Source: a virus. Taken from it: 64,000 bases of DNA. Positions 17,930 to 27,923 of this stretch are shown piece by piece. The stretch's first letter is position 1; every line of letters begins with the position of its first letter. The notes beneath the pieces are model-generated. The model worked only from the letters and a program-made list of their open reading frames with translations, had not been told where the DNA came from and ran no database searches. The position numbers and the translations under genes were made by a program. The stretch spans positions 96,545 through 160,544 of IMG/VR virus record IMGVR_UViG_3300030104_006433. One strand, 5' to 3'.

Positions 17930-19192
17930 ATGTTTTGGCTAGTAGAAAATAGTGAACAATTCTGGAATTTACACCAGAATGAAGAATATCATAAGGAGGC
18001 TTATATAGAAGTTATTCCCTACTCATACAAAACTCATCCAACAATTACTAAAGTATCTCTTGTATACTTACGTCCTTTAAATGCAAGTAAAGGATACATG
18101 ATATCAATAAACCATAGTGAATCTATGCCGTTAAACAACGAGTATATTGTAAATTTAATTAATAATTATGATATATTGCATGTTTGGGGAAAAAAAGAGT
18201 TTTTGCATTATTTTACGTGTAGAAATGTAAATGACATTTCTTTACTTTGTCCTGAATATGAAATGGAAACTACCAAAGCCCATCAAATTTTACAACAAAG
18301 AACTAAAAATAAGTTGGATATTAACAGAATTATTCCTATCGTTAAACATTATGAGACGTGTGAAAAAAATTATAATAATTTAAAACAATATTTTAATGAA
18401 CCAAACAACACATTTTACAACAACAGAGTACCATTGGTATTCAATGCCATTGAAAGGAATGGAATACAAGTGGATAGAGAACTCTTCAAAGAATATTTCA
18501 ACCAAGATTGGGGAGATAAAGTCTATACACAATATAATTACAGAACAACAACAACAAGACCCTCAAATAGATTTGGAGGAATAAATTTTGCTGCGTTAAA
18601 TAAAGAAAATGGAATACGTAAAACATTTATACCAAAAAATGATAAACTTGTTGAAATCGACATTTCAGCTTATCATCCTACTCTTGCTAGCTCCCTTATT
18701 GATTATAGCTTTGATGATAGAGATATTCATGCCTCATTTGCAAAAATGTATGGGGTGGATTACAAAAAATCTAAAGAATTAACATTTAAACAACTATATG
18801 GTGGGGTATTTGATCAATATAAACATTTAGAATTTTTTCAAAAGATACAAAATTTTATTGACAACTTATGGGATGATTTTCAAACTAAAGGATTTATTGA
18901 ATGTCCTATTTCAAAATATAAATTTGAAAAATCTAAGTTAGATAACATGAATCCACAAAAATTATTCAATTATCTATTACAGAATTTGGAGACAGCTAAA
19001 AATGTTCATATATTATGGGACATAATTAAAATATTAAAAAACAAAGATACAAAATTAGTATTATACACTTATGATGCTTTTCTACTAGATTTTAAACTCA
19101 CAGAAAGAACCACATTAGAACGCATATTAGATGTATTTAAAAAATATAAATTAAAAACAAAAATTACACATGGAACCAGTTATGACTTTTGA
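17930..19192 (+). CDS. Divergent, short family-A DNA polymerase-like protein
   Basis: TTTRPS, motif A EIDISAYHP, motif B KELTFKQLYGG, motif C LYTYDAFL; only 420 aa. Confidence 0.75.
   Translation: MFWLVENSEQFWNLHQNEEYHKEAYIEVIPYSYKTHPTITKVSLVYLRPLNASKGYMISINHSESMPLNNEYIVNLINNYDILHVWGKKEFLHYFTCRNVNDISLLCPEYEMETTKAHQILQQRTKNKLDINRIIPIVKHYETCEKNYNNLKQYFNEPNNTFYNNRVPLVFNAIERNGIQVDRELFKEYFNQDWGDKVYTQYNYRTTTTRPSNRFGGINFAALNKENGIRKTFIPKNDKLVEIDISAYHPTLASSLIDYSFDDRDIHASFAKMYGVDYKKSKELTFKQLYGGVFDQYKHLEFFQKIQNFIDNLWDDFQTKGFIECPISKYKFEKSKLDNMNPQKLFNYLLQNLETAKNVHILWDIIKILKNKDTKLVLYTYDAFLLDFKLTERTTLERILDVFKKYKLKTKITHGTSYDF
18609..18782 (+). CDS. Candidate nested +1-frame small membrane protein inside the polA-like gene
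   Basis: MEYVKHLYQKMINLLKSTFQLIILLLLAPLLIIALMIEIFMPHLQKCMGWITKNLKN; host frame uses CTT/ATC/GTT instead of NTA codons. Confidence 0.35.
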   Translation: MEYVKHLYQKMINLLKSTFQLIILLLLAPLLIIALMIEIFMPHLQKCMGWITKNLKN

Positions 19193-19643
19193 ACAAACAT
19201 TTGATATTTATACCATAGAATATGACAATGATAAATTTATAAATTTAAGTGACTTGAATAACAAATTATTTTGCACCTTTGTAAAATCAGAAGAGATTGA
19301 TTCCAAAGTTAAAGAACTCTCCACTACCTATAATATAATGTACAACAAAATGTTTGTACTTTATATTAAAAATAATGATGAGTATGTAATAACTTATAAT
19401 GTGGATCAAGGTAATGTTAGTGAAATACCTGATAATACTATTTTAGTGCATAGAAAAAAAGAAACAAATACCTTATACACTATTAATGCTTTAAATGAAT
19501 TAATTAAAAAGCTTAATGGTGGTGTTGTTGACACTAAGTTTCCAATTAATTGGCAACATTATAGAAATTGTGTTTTACTGACTCAACATGGAGATTTAAA
19601 ACAGTTAAATACAAAGATTCACGATATAATTGACCTCTCATAG
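19170..19643 (+). CDS. Hypothetical replication-region protein
   Basis: NKLFCTF, TYN, HRKKETNTLYTINALN; overlaps the polA-like stop. Confidence 0.65.
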   Translation: MEPVMTFEQTFDIYTIEYDNDKFINLSDLNNKLFCTFVKSEEIDSKVKELSTTYNIMYNKMFVLYIKNNDEYVITYNVDQGNVSEIPDNTILVHRKKETNTLYTINALNELIKKLNGGVVDTKFPINWQHYRNCVLLTQHGDLKQLNTKIHDIIDLS

Positions 19644-19650
19644 GCCATAG

Positions 19651-19682
19651 TTTGGCTATCAGTCAAACCTTTATTATATTTA
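19651..19682 (+). promoter_or_regulatory. Bacteroidota-type promoter
   Basis: TTTG 19651, N20, TATATTTA 19675. Confidence 0.75.
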
Positions 19683-19710
19683 AGTATTATTATTTAAAAA
19701 GTTATAAAAC

Positions 19711-20556
19711 ATGGATTTAAACGCGATTAAAAGTCGTTTGTCATCTTTAAATCAGGATGCCAAACCAAGAACAGGTGAGAAAAAAGATTATACATTAGTC
19801 TATTGGAAGCCAAGACAAGAAGGGAAATATCAAATCAGATTTGTACCTTCTTTAATAAATAAAAATAACCCATTTCAAGAAGTTTATATGCATTATGGAG
19901 TTGGAAAATATCCAATAGTAGCATTAACAAACTGGGGTGAACAAGATCCAGTAGTGGATTTTACTAAAAAATTAAGAACAACAAGTGATTCTGAAAATTG
20001 GAGATTAGCTAAGAAATTAGATCCAAAATTGAGAGTATTTGCACCTGTTATTGTTAGAGGTGAAGAAGATAAAGGAGTTAGATTATTTGAATTTAGCAAA
20101 ACTATCTATATGGAATTACTATCAATTGCAGACGATGAGGATTATGGTGATTTTACAGATGTAGCAGAAGGTTTTGACTTTGTTGTTAATGCCTCTAAGG
20201 TAGTTGATAGACCAGGATTTGCTCTTAGTTTAAGACCAAAACCAAAACAAACACCATTAAGTAAAGATGCTTCACAAGTAACAACATGGTTAGAAAATCA
20301 ACCAAAATTGTTAGAAGAAAGATACAAATACACTTATGAGAAATTAAAAGAAGAATTACAAAACTTTATTTCTGGAGGTGAAGAAAAAGAAGATACAATA
20401 GTATCAGAACCAGCATCTGAATTTGATAATGACAATGTAGAAACTAAAGCTGAAGATAAATCTAAAAAAGCATTTAGTTTAGCAACACAAGGTAAACCTA
20501 AAAAAGCAAAATCAGAAGAATTTGATTCACTTTTTGAGGATGATTTACCATTTTAA
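19711..20556 (+). CDS. Single-stranded DNA-binding protein (T4 gp32-like)
   Basis: WKP..G...IRFVP; VIVRGEEDKGVRL; acidic tail ending FEDDLPF. Confidence 0.85.
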   Translation: MDLNAIKSRLSSLNQDAKPRTGEKKDYTLVYWKPRQEGKYQIRFVPSLINKNNPFQEVYMHYGVGKYPIVALTNWGEQDPVVDFTKKLRTTSDSENWRLAKKLDPKLRVFAPVIVRGEEDKGVRLFEFSKTIYMELLSIADDEDYGDFTDVAEGFDFVVNASKVVDRPGFALSLRPKPKQTPLSKDASQVTTWLENQPKLLEERYKYTYEKLKEELQNFISGGEEKEDTIVSEPASEFDNDNVETKAEDKSKKAFSLATQGKPKKAKSEEFDSLFEDDLPF

Positions 20557-20567
20557 ATTAAAATTAT

Positions 20568-21644
20568 ATGCCAAGAGTTAAAAAATCGTTACAGGAAGCA
20601 GTCTCTGCTGAAATAAAATCCAAATTTGATTTAAGTTCCTTCAAAGAAAAGAAGGGACTTAAACAAAATGTTAAATTTAAAGATCAATCATGGATTCCTC
20701 TTTCACAAGCATTTCAAGATGTAACATCAATTCCAGGCATTCCTATGGGTCATATAGTTTTACTTAGAGGCCACTCAGATACAGGTAAAACAACAGCATT
20801 ATTAGAAGCAGCAGTTTCAGCTCAAAAGAGAGGAATACTGCCTGTTTTTATTATTACTGAAATGAAATGGAACTGGGAACATGCTAAACAAATGGGATTA
20901 GATGTTAAAGAAGTAGTAGATGAAGAAACTGGAGAAATCGTAAATTATGAAGGTGAATTCATTTATACTGATAGAGAAACTATTAATTCAATTGAAGATG
21001 TAGCTGGATTTATTTTAGATCTAATAGATGAACAAAAGAAAGGTAACTTACCTTATGATTTATTATTCCTATGGGATAGTATAGGATCAGTACCTTGTGA
21101 AATGTCTATCAAATCAAATAAAAACAATAATGAATGGAATGCTGGTGCAATGTCTACTCAATTTGGAAATAATGTTAATCAGAGAATTACATTATCAAGA
21201 AAAGAATCATCGCCATTTACTAATACATTAGTTTGTATTAATAAAGTATGGACAGCAAAAGCAGAATCACCAATGGGTAAACCTAAATTAATGAATAAAG
21301 GTGGATTTGCTATGTGGTTTGATTCTACATTTGTAGTTACATTTGGTAATATTTCAAATGCTGGAACATCTAAAATTAAAGCAATTAAAGATGGTAAACA
21401 AGTAGAATTTGCTAAACGTGTTAATTTACAGATTGATAAAAATCACATTAATGGGGTCACTACAAGAGGTAGAATAGTTATGACACCTCATGGGTTTATT
21501 AATGATAATGATAAAGAATTAAAAAACTATAAAGATGAAAATGGTAAAGCTTGGAAAGATATTTTAGGTGGAACTGATTTTCAAATAGTTGAAGAGGAGC
21601 AAGATTATAATGATGTAACTTCTTATATAGAAGAACCACAATAA
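20568..21644 (+). CDS. RecA/UvsX-like recombinase
   Basis: GIPMG.I..L.GHSDTGKTT Walker A; WDSIGS; GG.A..F. Confidence 0.85.
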   Translation: MPRVKKSLQEAVSAEIKSKFDLSSFKEKKGLKQNVKFKDQSWIPLSQAFQDVTSIPGIPMGHIVLLRGHSDTGKTTALLEAAVSAQKRGILPVFIITEMKWNWEHAKQMGLDVKEVVDEETGEIVNYEGEFIYTDRETINSIEDVAGFILDLIDEQKKGNLPYDLLFLWDSIGSVPCEMSIKSNKNNNEWNAGAMSTQFGNNVNQRITLSRKESSPFTNTLVCINKVWTAKAESPMGKPKLMNKGGFAMWFDSTFVVTFGNISNAGTSKIKAIKDGKQVEFAKRVNLQIDKNHINGVTTRGRIVMTPHGFINDNDKELKNYKDENGKAWKDILGGTDFQIVEEEQDYNDVTSYIEEPQ

Positions 21645-21648
21645 AATT

Positions 21649-22680
21649 ATGAAAAAGAAAGAATTACTTGAACTTCTGGGTGATACTCAGGAGAATGATA
21701 AAAGTCTGACTGAGGGTAACAGAATATTGTTATTAGATGGTCTAAATTTATTTTTTAGAAACTTTGCAATGCTTAATATGGTTAATCCTGATGGAGTTCA
21801 TATTGGAGGTTTAGGTGGATTTTTTCGATCATTAGGAGCTATGATTCGTCAAACTCAACCAGATCAGGTTTATGTTGTATTTGATGGAGCGGGATCAGCA
21901 GCTAATCGTAAAAATTTAATACCAGAATATAAATCAGGTAGAAATTTACAAAGAATTACTAATTGGGAGGTGTTTGAAAATTTAGAAGATGAAGATGATT
22001 CTAAAATAGATCAAATGGTTAGAGTTATACAATATTTAAAAACACTCCCAGTTAAAACATTAACTTTAGATAAGGCTGAAGCAGATGATATTATTGCATA
22101 TTTAAGTAATAAATTACCAAATCACAAAGATGATCAAGTATTTATAGTATCTAGTGATAAAGATTTCTTACAATTGATTTCCAAAAATGTTGTAGTATAT
22201 AGACCTATAGAAAAAAAATATTATACTGAAAAAGTAATGAAAGAAAAGTATAATATGCCAGCTCAAAATTTTATTTTATATAAAACCCTATTAGGAGATA
22301 ACTCTGATAAAATTAAAGGAGTTAAAGGATTAGGTGAAAAAGGTATATTTAAAAAATTTCCTGAGTTAACAGAAGGTATTTTAACTTTTGATGATATATT
22401 TAAAATATGTGAAAATAAATTTAAAGACCATGTAGTATATGCTCGTATAATACAGAGTGTTGAAGATCTAGAAAAAAATTATAAAGTAATGGATCTAAGT
22501 AATCCAATGTTAGGAACAAATGATAAAGAATATTTAGATAGGATTGTAGAATCAAAAGATTTAAATTATATTCCTGACCAATTTATAGCATTATATAATG
22601 AAGATAAATTAGGTGGGATGATTAGAAATTTAGATTTTTGGTTAGATGATGTTTTTGAAAAATTAGTTACAAATAAATAA
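21649..22680 (+). CDS. 5'-3' exonuclease / RNase H (FEN-like)
   Basis: LLDGLNLFFR, VFDG, YKSGR, EADD, SSDKDFLQL, GDNSDKIKGVKGLG. Confidence 0.9.
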   Translation: MKKKELLELLGDTQENDKSLTEGNRILLLDGLNLFFRNFAMLNMVNPDGVHIGGLGGFFRSLGAMIRQTQPDQVYVVFDGAGSAANRKNLIPEYKSGRNLQRITNWEVFENLEDEDDSKIDQMVRVIQYLKTLPVKTLTLDKAEADDIIAYLSNKLPNHKDDQVFIVSSDKDFLQLISKNVVVYRPIEKKYYTEKVMKEKYNMPAQNFILYKTLLGDNSDKIKGVKGLGEKGIFKKFPELTEGILTFDDIFKICENKFKDHVVYARIIQSVEDLEKNYKVMDLSNPMLGTNDKEYLDRIVESKDLNYIPDQFIALYNEDKLGGMIRNLDFWLDDVFEKLVTNK

Positions 22681-22685
22681 GTTAT

Positions 22686-24062
22686 ATGACATTAAAAAGT
22701 ATTCAAGAGTACGGAAAAGAATTTCAAATAAAGGTTTTATCTTCTTTATTAACACATAAAGAATTTTTAACAAACATATATGATATTTTAAATGAAGAAG
22801 ATTTTAATAATCAAGCCCATAGATGGATTATTAAAGAAATACTAAAATACTATGACAAATACCATACAGTTCCCTCTTTAGATATTTTAAAAGTTGAAAT
22901 TAAAAAAATTGAAAATGAAGTATTACAAATATCAGTTCAAGAACAATTAAGAGAAGCTTATATAGCAAGTGATGATGATTTAGAGTATGTACAAGAAGAA
23001 TTTTCTGCTTTTTGCAAAAACCAACAACTCAAAAAAGCACTATTATCTTCAGTTGATTTATTAAAAGCCGGAGATTATGATTCTATAAAATTATTAGTAG
23101 AAAATGCTTTAAGAGCAGGAAATGACAAAAATATAGGTCATGAATATAATTTAGATATTGAAACTAGATATAGAGAAGATACAAGAAATCCAATACCCAC
23201 ACCTTGGGATAGAATAAATGAATTATTACAAGGTGGATTAGGACAGGGAGATTTTGGTTTAATATTTGGAAATCCAGGAGGAGGAAAAAGTTGGTCTTTA
23301 GTGGCATTAGGAGGATTTGCCGTTAGAGCAGGTTATAATGTTTTACATTATACTTTAGAATTAGGTGAAGATTATGTAGGTAGAAGATATGATGCGTTTT
23401 TCACTCAAATTCCTGTAAACCATATAATGCAAAATAAAGATAAAGTAGAAGAAGTAATACCTCAAATACCAGGTAAATTAGTTATAAAAGAATTTCCAAT
23501 GGGGAAGGCAACTATACATACTGTAGAATCACATATTAGAAAATGTCATGATTTAGATATTAAACCTGATTTAGTGATAATAGATTATGTTGATCTTCTA
23601 GCAACAAGAAAAAGAACAAATGACCGTAAGGGAGAAATAGATGATATTTATACAAGCACTAAAGGACTTGCCCGAGAATTAAAAGTACCAATCTGGTCAG
23701 TTTCTCAAGTTAATAGAGCAGGTGCTAAAGATGATGTTATAGAAGGAGATAAAGCAGCAGGAAGTTATGATAAAATTATGATAACTGATTTTTGTTTATC
23801 ATTATCTAGAAAAGCAAAAGACAAAGTAAATGGCACCGGTAGGTTTCATGTAATGAAAAATAGATACGGAATGGATGGTTTAACATTTGGAGTAAAAGCT
23901 AATACATCAACTGGACATTTTTCAGTTCATGATTATAATGAGGATGATGAATTAGTATCTAATTTACAAACAGAATCTCTTTCAACATCTGATTTTAATA
24001 ATTATGATAAAGACCATTTAAAAGGTCAAAATATAACAGAGAATTTTTTTATGAATCAATAA
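22686..24062 (+). CDS. Replicative helicase (DnaB/gp41-like)
   Basis: GNPGGGKS Walker A, TLEL, IIDYVDLL, SQVNR, KNRYG. Confidence 0.92.
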   Translation: MTLKSIQEYGKEFQIKVLSSLLTHKEFLTNIYDILNEEDFNNQAHRWIIKEILKYYDKYHTVPSLDILKVEIKKIENEVLQISVQEQLREAYIASDDDLEYVQEEFSAFCKNQQLKKALLSSVDLLKAGDYDSIKLLVENALRAGNDKNIGHEYNLDIETRYREDTRNPIPTPWDRINELLQGGLGQGDFGLIFGNPGGGKSWSLVALGGFAVRAGYNVLHYTLELGEDYVGRRYDAFFTQIPVNHIMQNKDKVEEVIPQIPGKLVIKEFPMGKATIHTVESHIRKCHDLDIKPDLVIIDYVDLLATRKRTNDRKGEIDDIYTSTKGLARELKVPIWSVSQVNRAGAKDDVIEGDKAAGSYDKIMITDFCLSLSRKAKDKVNGTGRFHVMKNRYGMDGLTFGVKANTSTGHFSVHDYNEDDELVSNLQTESLSTSDFNNYDKDHLKGQNITENFFMNQ

Positions 24063-24074
24063 ACCTTAACACAT

Positions 24075-25061
24075 ATGGCAAAATCAAGATTACTTCAGGA
24101 AAGAATAGTTTATAAACCATTTGAATATCAAGCAGCAGCTGATTACTGGTTAAAACAACAACAAGCTCATTGGTTACATACTGAAGTACCAATGATGTCT
24201 GATATAAATGATTGGAAACAAAATCTATCAGAAACAGAAAAAAATATAGTAGGAACTATTTTAAAAGGATTTGCACAAACTGAAACAGTAGTAAATGATT
24301 ACTGGTCAGGATTAGTAACAAAATGGTTTCGAAAACCTGAAATAATAATGATGGCCACAACATTTGGAGCTTTTGAAACAATACATGCTGAAGCTTATTC
24401 TTTACTTAATGAGGAATTAGGATTGGATGATTTTAGTGAATTTTTAGAGGATGAAACTACAATGGCCAAGATTGAAAATTTAATGAATGTGAGAGATAAT
24501 TTTAATGGGGAAAAAGATTGGCATGAGATAGCCAAATCATTAGCTGTATTTTCAGCTTTCACAGAAGGAGTAAATTTATTTTCTTCATTTGCAGTTTTAT
24601 TATCTTTTAAAATGCAAAATAAACTTAAAGGTGTAGGCCAAATAGTAGAATGGAGTATTAGAGATGAATCATTACATTCAGAAGCAGGATGTTGGTTATT
24701 TAGAACATTAATAAAAGAAAACCCAGATTTAAATACACCAGAATTAGAAGCAGCAATTAATGAGGCAGCTTTATTATCACTACAATTAGAACTTAATTTC
24801 ATAGAAAAAGTTTATGAATTAGGAGATTTAGAAGGTTGTTCTAAATACAACTTAACTAACTTTATAAAAAACAGAGTTAATACAAAATTAGCTGATTTAG
24901 GTTACACTCCTATTTTAACTGATATAGATATGAAAGCAGTTAATGAAATGAAATGGTTTGATTCTTTAAGCGCAGGAAAACAACATACAGATTTCTTTGC
25001 AAATAGAGTAACAAATTATAGTAAGGGACACTTAGAATGGGACGCAGCATCAATATTTTAA
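24075..25061 (+). CDS. nrdB: Ribonucleotide reductase class Ia beta subunit
   Basis: ETIHAEAYS, EGVNLFSSF, RDESLH, DFFANRVTNYSK. Confidence 0.95.
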   Translation: MAKSRLLQERIVYKPFEYQAAADYWLKQQQAHWLHTEVPMMSDINDWKQNLSETEKNIVGTILKGFAQTETVVNDYWSGLVTKWFRKPEIIMMATTFGAFETIHAEAYSLLNEELGLDDFSEFLEDETTMAKIENLMNVRDNFNGEKDWHEIAKSLAVFSAFTEGVNLFSSFAVLLSFKMQNKLKGVGQIVEWSIRDESLHSEAGCWLFRTLIKENPDLNTPELEAAINEAALLSLQLELNFIEKVYELGDLEGCSKYNLTNFIKNRVNTKLADLGYTPILTDIDMKAVNEMKWFDSLSAGKQHTDFFANRVTNYSKGHLEWDAASIF

Positions 25062-25064
25062 TTT

Positions 25065-26774
25065 ATGGATAACAATTTAATATCAGATTACAAACAATGG
25101 GAAAAAGGTAGAGACTATCCCGAATGGATGGATGAAGTAGCTTTATCTACAATCTCAAAAGGTTATTTAATGCCAGGTGAAACACCTAAAAAAGCATATA
25201 GAAGAGTAGCATCAGCAGTAGCTATGAGACTAAATAGACCAGATTTAGAAATAAAATTCTTTAAATATATTTGGAATGGTTGGATAGGATTAGCTTCACC
25301 TGTTTTATCAAATACAGGAACAGATAGAGGATTACCAATTTCATGTTTTGGAATTGATACCCCTGACTCTATTAGAGGTATAGGTTTAACAAATGCAGAA
25401 TTAATGCGTTTAACTTCTTATGGAGGAGGAGTTGGAATTGGTTTAAATAGAATTAGACCTAGAGGAACAACTATTAAAGGAAATGGAAAATCAGAAGGAA
25501 TAGTTCCTTGGTCAAAAATTTATGATTCAACTATAATAGCTACAAATCAGGGTAGTGTACGAAGAGGAGCAGCTAGTGTTAATTTAGATGTAACTCACCC
25601 TGATATTAAGGAATATCTTCAAATAAGACGACCAAAAGGTGATCCAAACAGACAATGTTTAAATTTACATCAATGTGTAGTTGTAGAGGATTCTTTTATG
25701 AGAAAATTGAATGATAGAGATCAAGAAGCTATGGAATTATGGTTAGAAATTCTAAAATCAAGAATGGAAACTGGTGAACCTTATATAATGTTTAAAGATA
25801 ATGTTAATAAAGATAATCCAATGGCTTATCTAATGAACAATTTAGATGTTTCCATGACTAATATATGTTCAGAAATAACATTACACACAGATGAAGAACA
25901 TAGTTTTATATGTTGTTTATCATCTTTAAACTTAGCTAAATATGATGAATGGAAAAATACAGATGTTGTAGAAACTGCTATATATTTTCTAGATGGTGTA
26001 ATGCAAGAATTTATAGATAAAACAGAAGGTAAAGCCTCTATGAAACGTACTAATAGACATGCAGTTAAAGGAAGAGCTTTAGGATTAGGTGTAATGGGTT
26101 GGCATACATTCTTACAACAAAAAGATTTACCATTTAATTCTATTTCATCAACAGCTTGGACCCATACAGTTTTCTCACAGATAAAATTAAAAGCAGAAAC
26201 CGCTTCACGTCAATTAGCTGAGGAATATGGAGAACCTTTATGGTGTAAAGGTACAGGTATGAGAAACACTCACCTATTAGCTGTAGCACCTACAGTATCT
26301 AATTCTAGAATATCAGGATGTTCAGCAGGAATTGAACCACAACCCGCTAATGTTTATACATTCAATGGTGCAAAAGGTACTTTTATTGTTAAAAATAAAG
26401 AATTAGTTAATAAATTAAAAGAAACAAAATCAAACACAGAAAAAGTATGGGATCAAATTTTAGCAGATAATGGGTCTGTACAAAATTTACCTGAAGAAAT
26501 ATTATCAGCTGAAGATAAAGAAGTGTTCTTAACATTTCCAGAAATAAACCAATTAGGCTTAGTTCAACAAGCAGCTATTAGGCAAAAATATATAGACCAA
26601 ACACAATCTTTAAATTTATCATTTGACCCAACAGATTCTCCAAGATGGATAAATCAAGTACATATAGAAGCTTGGAAATTAGGAGTAAAAACATTATATT
26701 ATCTAAGAACTGATTCTGTTATTAAAGGTGACTTAGGGTCTAGAATGGCTGAATGTACATCTTGTGATGGATAG
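25065..26774 (+). CDS. nrdA: Ribonucleotide reductase class Ia alpha subunit (no ATP cone)
   Basis: ISCF, NICSEI, LAVAPT, DQTQSLN, KTLYY, C-terminal CTSCDG. Confidence 0.95.
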   Translation: MDNNLISDYKQWEKGRDYPEWMDEVALSTISKGYLMPGETPKKAYRRVASAVAMRLNRPDLEIKFFKYIWNGWIGLASPVLSNTGTDRGLPISCFGIDTPDSIRGIGLTNAELMRLTSYGGGVGIGLNRIRPRGTTIKGNGKSEGIVPWSKIYDSTIIATNQGSVRRGAASVNLDVTHPDIKEYLQIRRPKGDPNRQCLNLHQCVVVEDSFMRKLNDRDQEAMELWLEILKSRMETGEPYIMFKDNVNKDNPMAYLMNNLDVSMTNICSEITLHTDEEHSFICCLSSLNLAKYDEWKNTDVVETAIYFLDGVMQEFIDKTEGKASMKRTNRHAVKGRALGLGVMGWHTFLQQKDLPFNSISSTAWTHTVFSQIKLKAETASRQLAEEYGEPLWCKGTGMRNTHLLAVAPTVSNSRISGCSAGIEPQPANVYTFNGAKGTFIVKNKELVNKLKETKSNTEKVWDQILADNGSVQNLPEEILSAEDKEVFLTFPEINQLGLVQQAAIRQKYIDQTQSLNLSFDPTDSPRWINQVHIEAWKLGVKTLYYLRTDSVIKGDLGSRMAECTSCDG

Positions 26775-26812
26775 TAATATTTATAATAAACCAAGTTTTA
26801 AAAAATAGTTTT

Positions 26813-27091
26813 ATGGGATTAATTAAAAATATAAAACAAAAACTTATGGCTTTTAGAGATATGTTCAAAGATGAAAATGACATTAATGAAAAAAATGTTG
26901 TTGGATTCGCTTCATTTGCTGTTATGGCATTATTTGCTATTGTAGACCTTGCAACAGGTGTATATGGTAAGGAAATTGCTATTTCAGAATATATTTACAA
27001 TTCTTTTGTAATAATTACTTTAGGTTGTTTTGGTATATCTGAAGTAGGAAAAATGTTTGGTAAAAAAGAAGATAAAACAGATAAAAAATAA
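26813..27091 (+). CDS. Putative holin
   Basis: 92 aa, two hydrophobic helices, basic C-terminus, directly upstream of the amidase. Confidence 0.6.
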   Translation: MGLIKNIKQKLMAFRDMFKDENDINEKNVVGFASFAVMALFAIVDLATGVYGKEIAISEYIYNSFVIITLGCFGISEVGKMFGKKEDKTDKK

Positions 27092-27094
27092 AAT

Positions 27095-27922
27095 ATGGTT
27101 TTAAAAATAGGTGATAAAGGTGATAATGTAAAAAAACTCCAAGAATTACTTCAAATTAAAGCAGATGGGAATTTTGGCCCAGCTACACAATTATCAGTAA
27201 TGAAATTCCAGGGTCAAAGGGGTTTAAAAGTTGATGGCATTGTTGGTCCAAAAACTTGGAAAATTCTTCAACCTTCAACTCCTACAAAAGGAGAATATGT
27301 TTGGATTTTAGACAATGGTCATGGTGGTATAATAGATGGAGAATATCAAACACCAGGTAAAAGATCACCAAAATGGGAAGATGGTACACAATTATTTGAA
27401 GGTGAATTTAACAGAGCTGTTGTAAAAAGAATAATTAAACTTTGTGATGAAGCTGGTATAGAATGTATTAATTTAGTTGACACTGAAAAAGATTTATCTT
27501 TAAGGTGGAGAACTGATAAAGCAAATGACATTTTTAGAGAAAGACAACAAAGTGATGGGAAAAAATGTATTTATGTTTCTGTACATGCTAATGGCTTTAC
27601 AAAAGAATCAGCCCATGGTTGGTCAGTTTATACTACAGTAGGGGAAACTAAATCAGATAAAATAGCTCAAATATTACATGAAAAAGCAAAAGCTGAATTT
27701 CCTACACATAAAATGAGAATGGATTCAAGGGATGGAGATGCTGATAAAGAAGCTAATTTTTGGGTGTTAAGAAAAGTAGTAATGCCATCAATTTTATCAG
27801 AAAATTTCTTTATGACTAATAGAGAAGAATCTAAATTATTATTAAGTGAAGAAGGCAGAGATAGAATAGCCAAAATTCACTTTGAAATGATCCAAGAAGT
27901 AGAGGATAAAAAATTAGTTTAG
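27095..27922 (+). CDS. Endolysin: peptidoglycan-binding domain plus N-acetylmuramoyl-L-alanine amidase (Amidase_3)
   Basis: DGIVGPKTW PG-binding motif; LDNGHGG, E, SVHAN, SENFFM. Confidence 0.9.
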   Translation: MVLKIGDKGDNVKKLQELLQIKADGNFGPATQLSVMKFQGQRGLKVDGIVGPKTWKILQPSTPTKGEYVWILDNGHGGIIDGEYQTPGKRSPKWEDGTQLFEGEFNRAVVKRIIKLCDEAGIECINLVDTEKDLSLRWRTDKANDIFRERQQSDGKKCIYVSVHANGFTKESAHGWSVYTTVGETKSDKIAQILHEKAKAEFPTHKMRMDSRDGDADKEANFWVLRKVVMPSILSENFFMTNREESKLLLSEEGRDRIAKIHFEMIQEVEDKKLV

Positions 27923-27923
27923 T

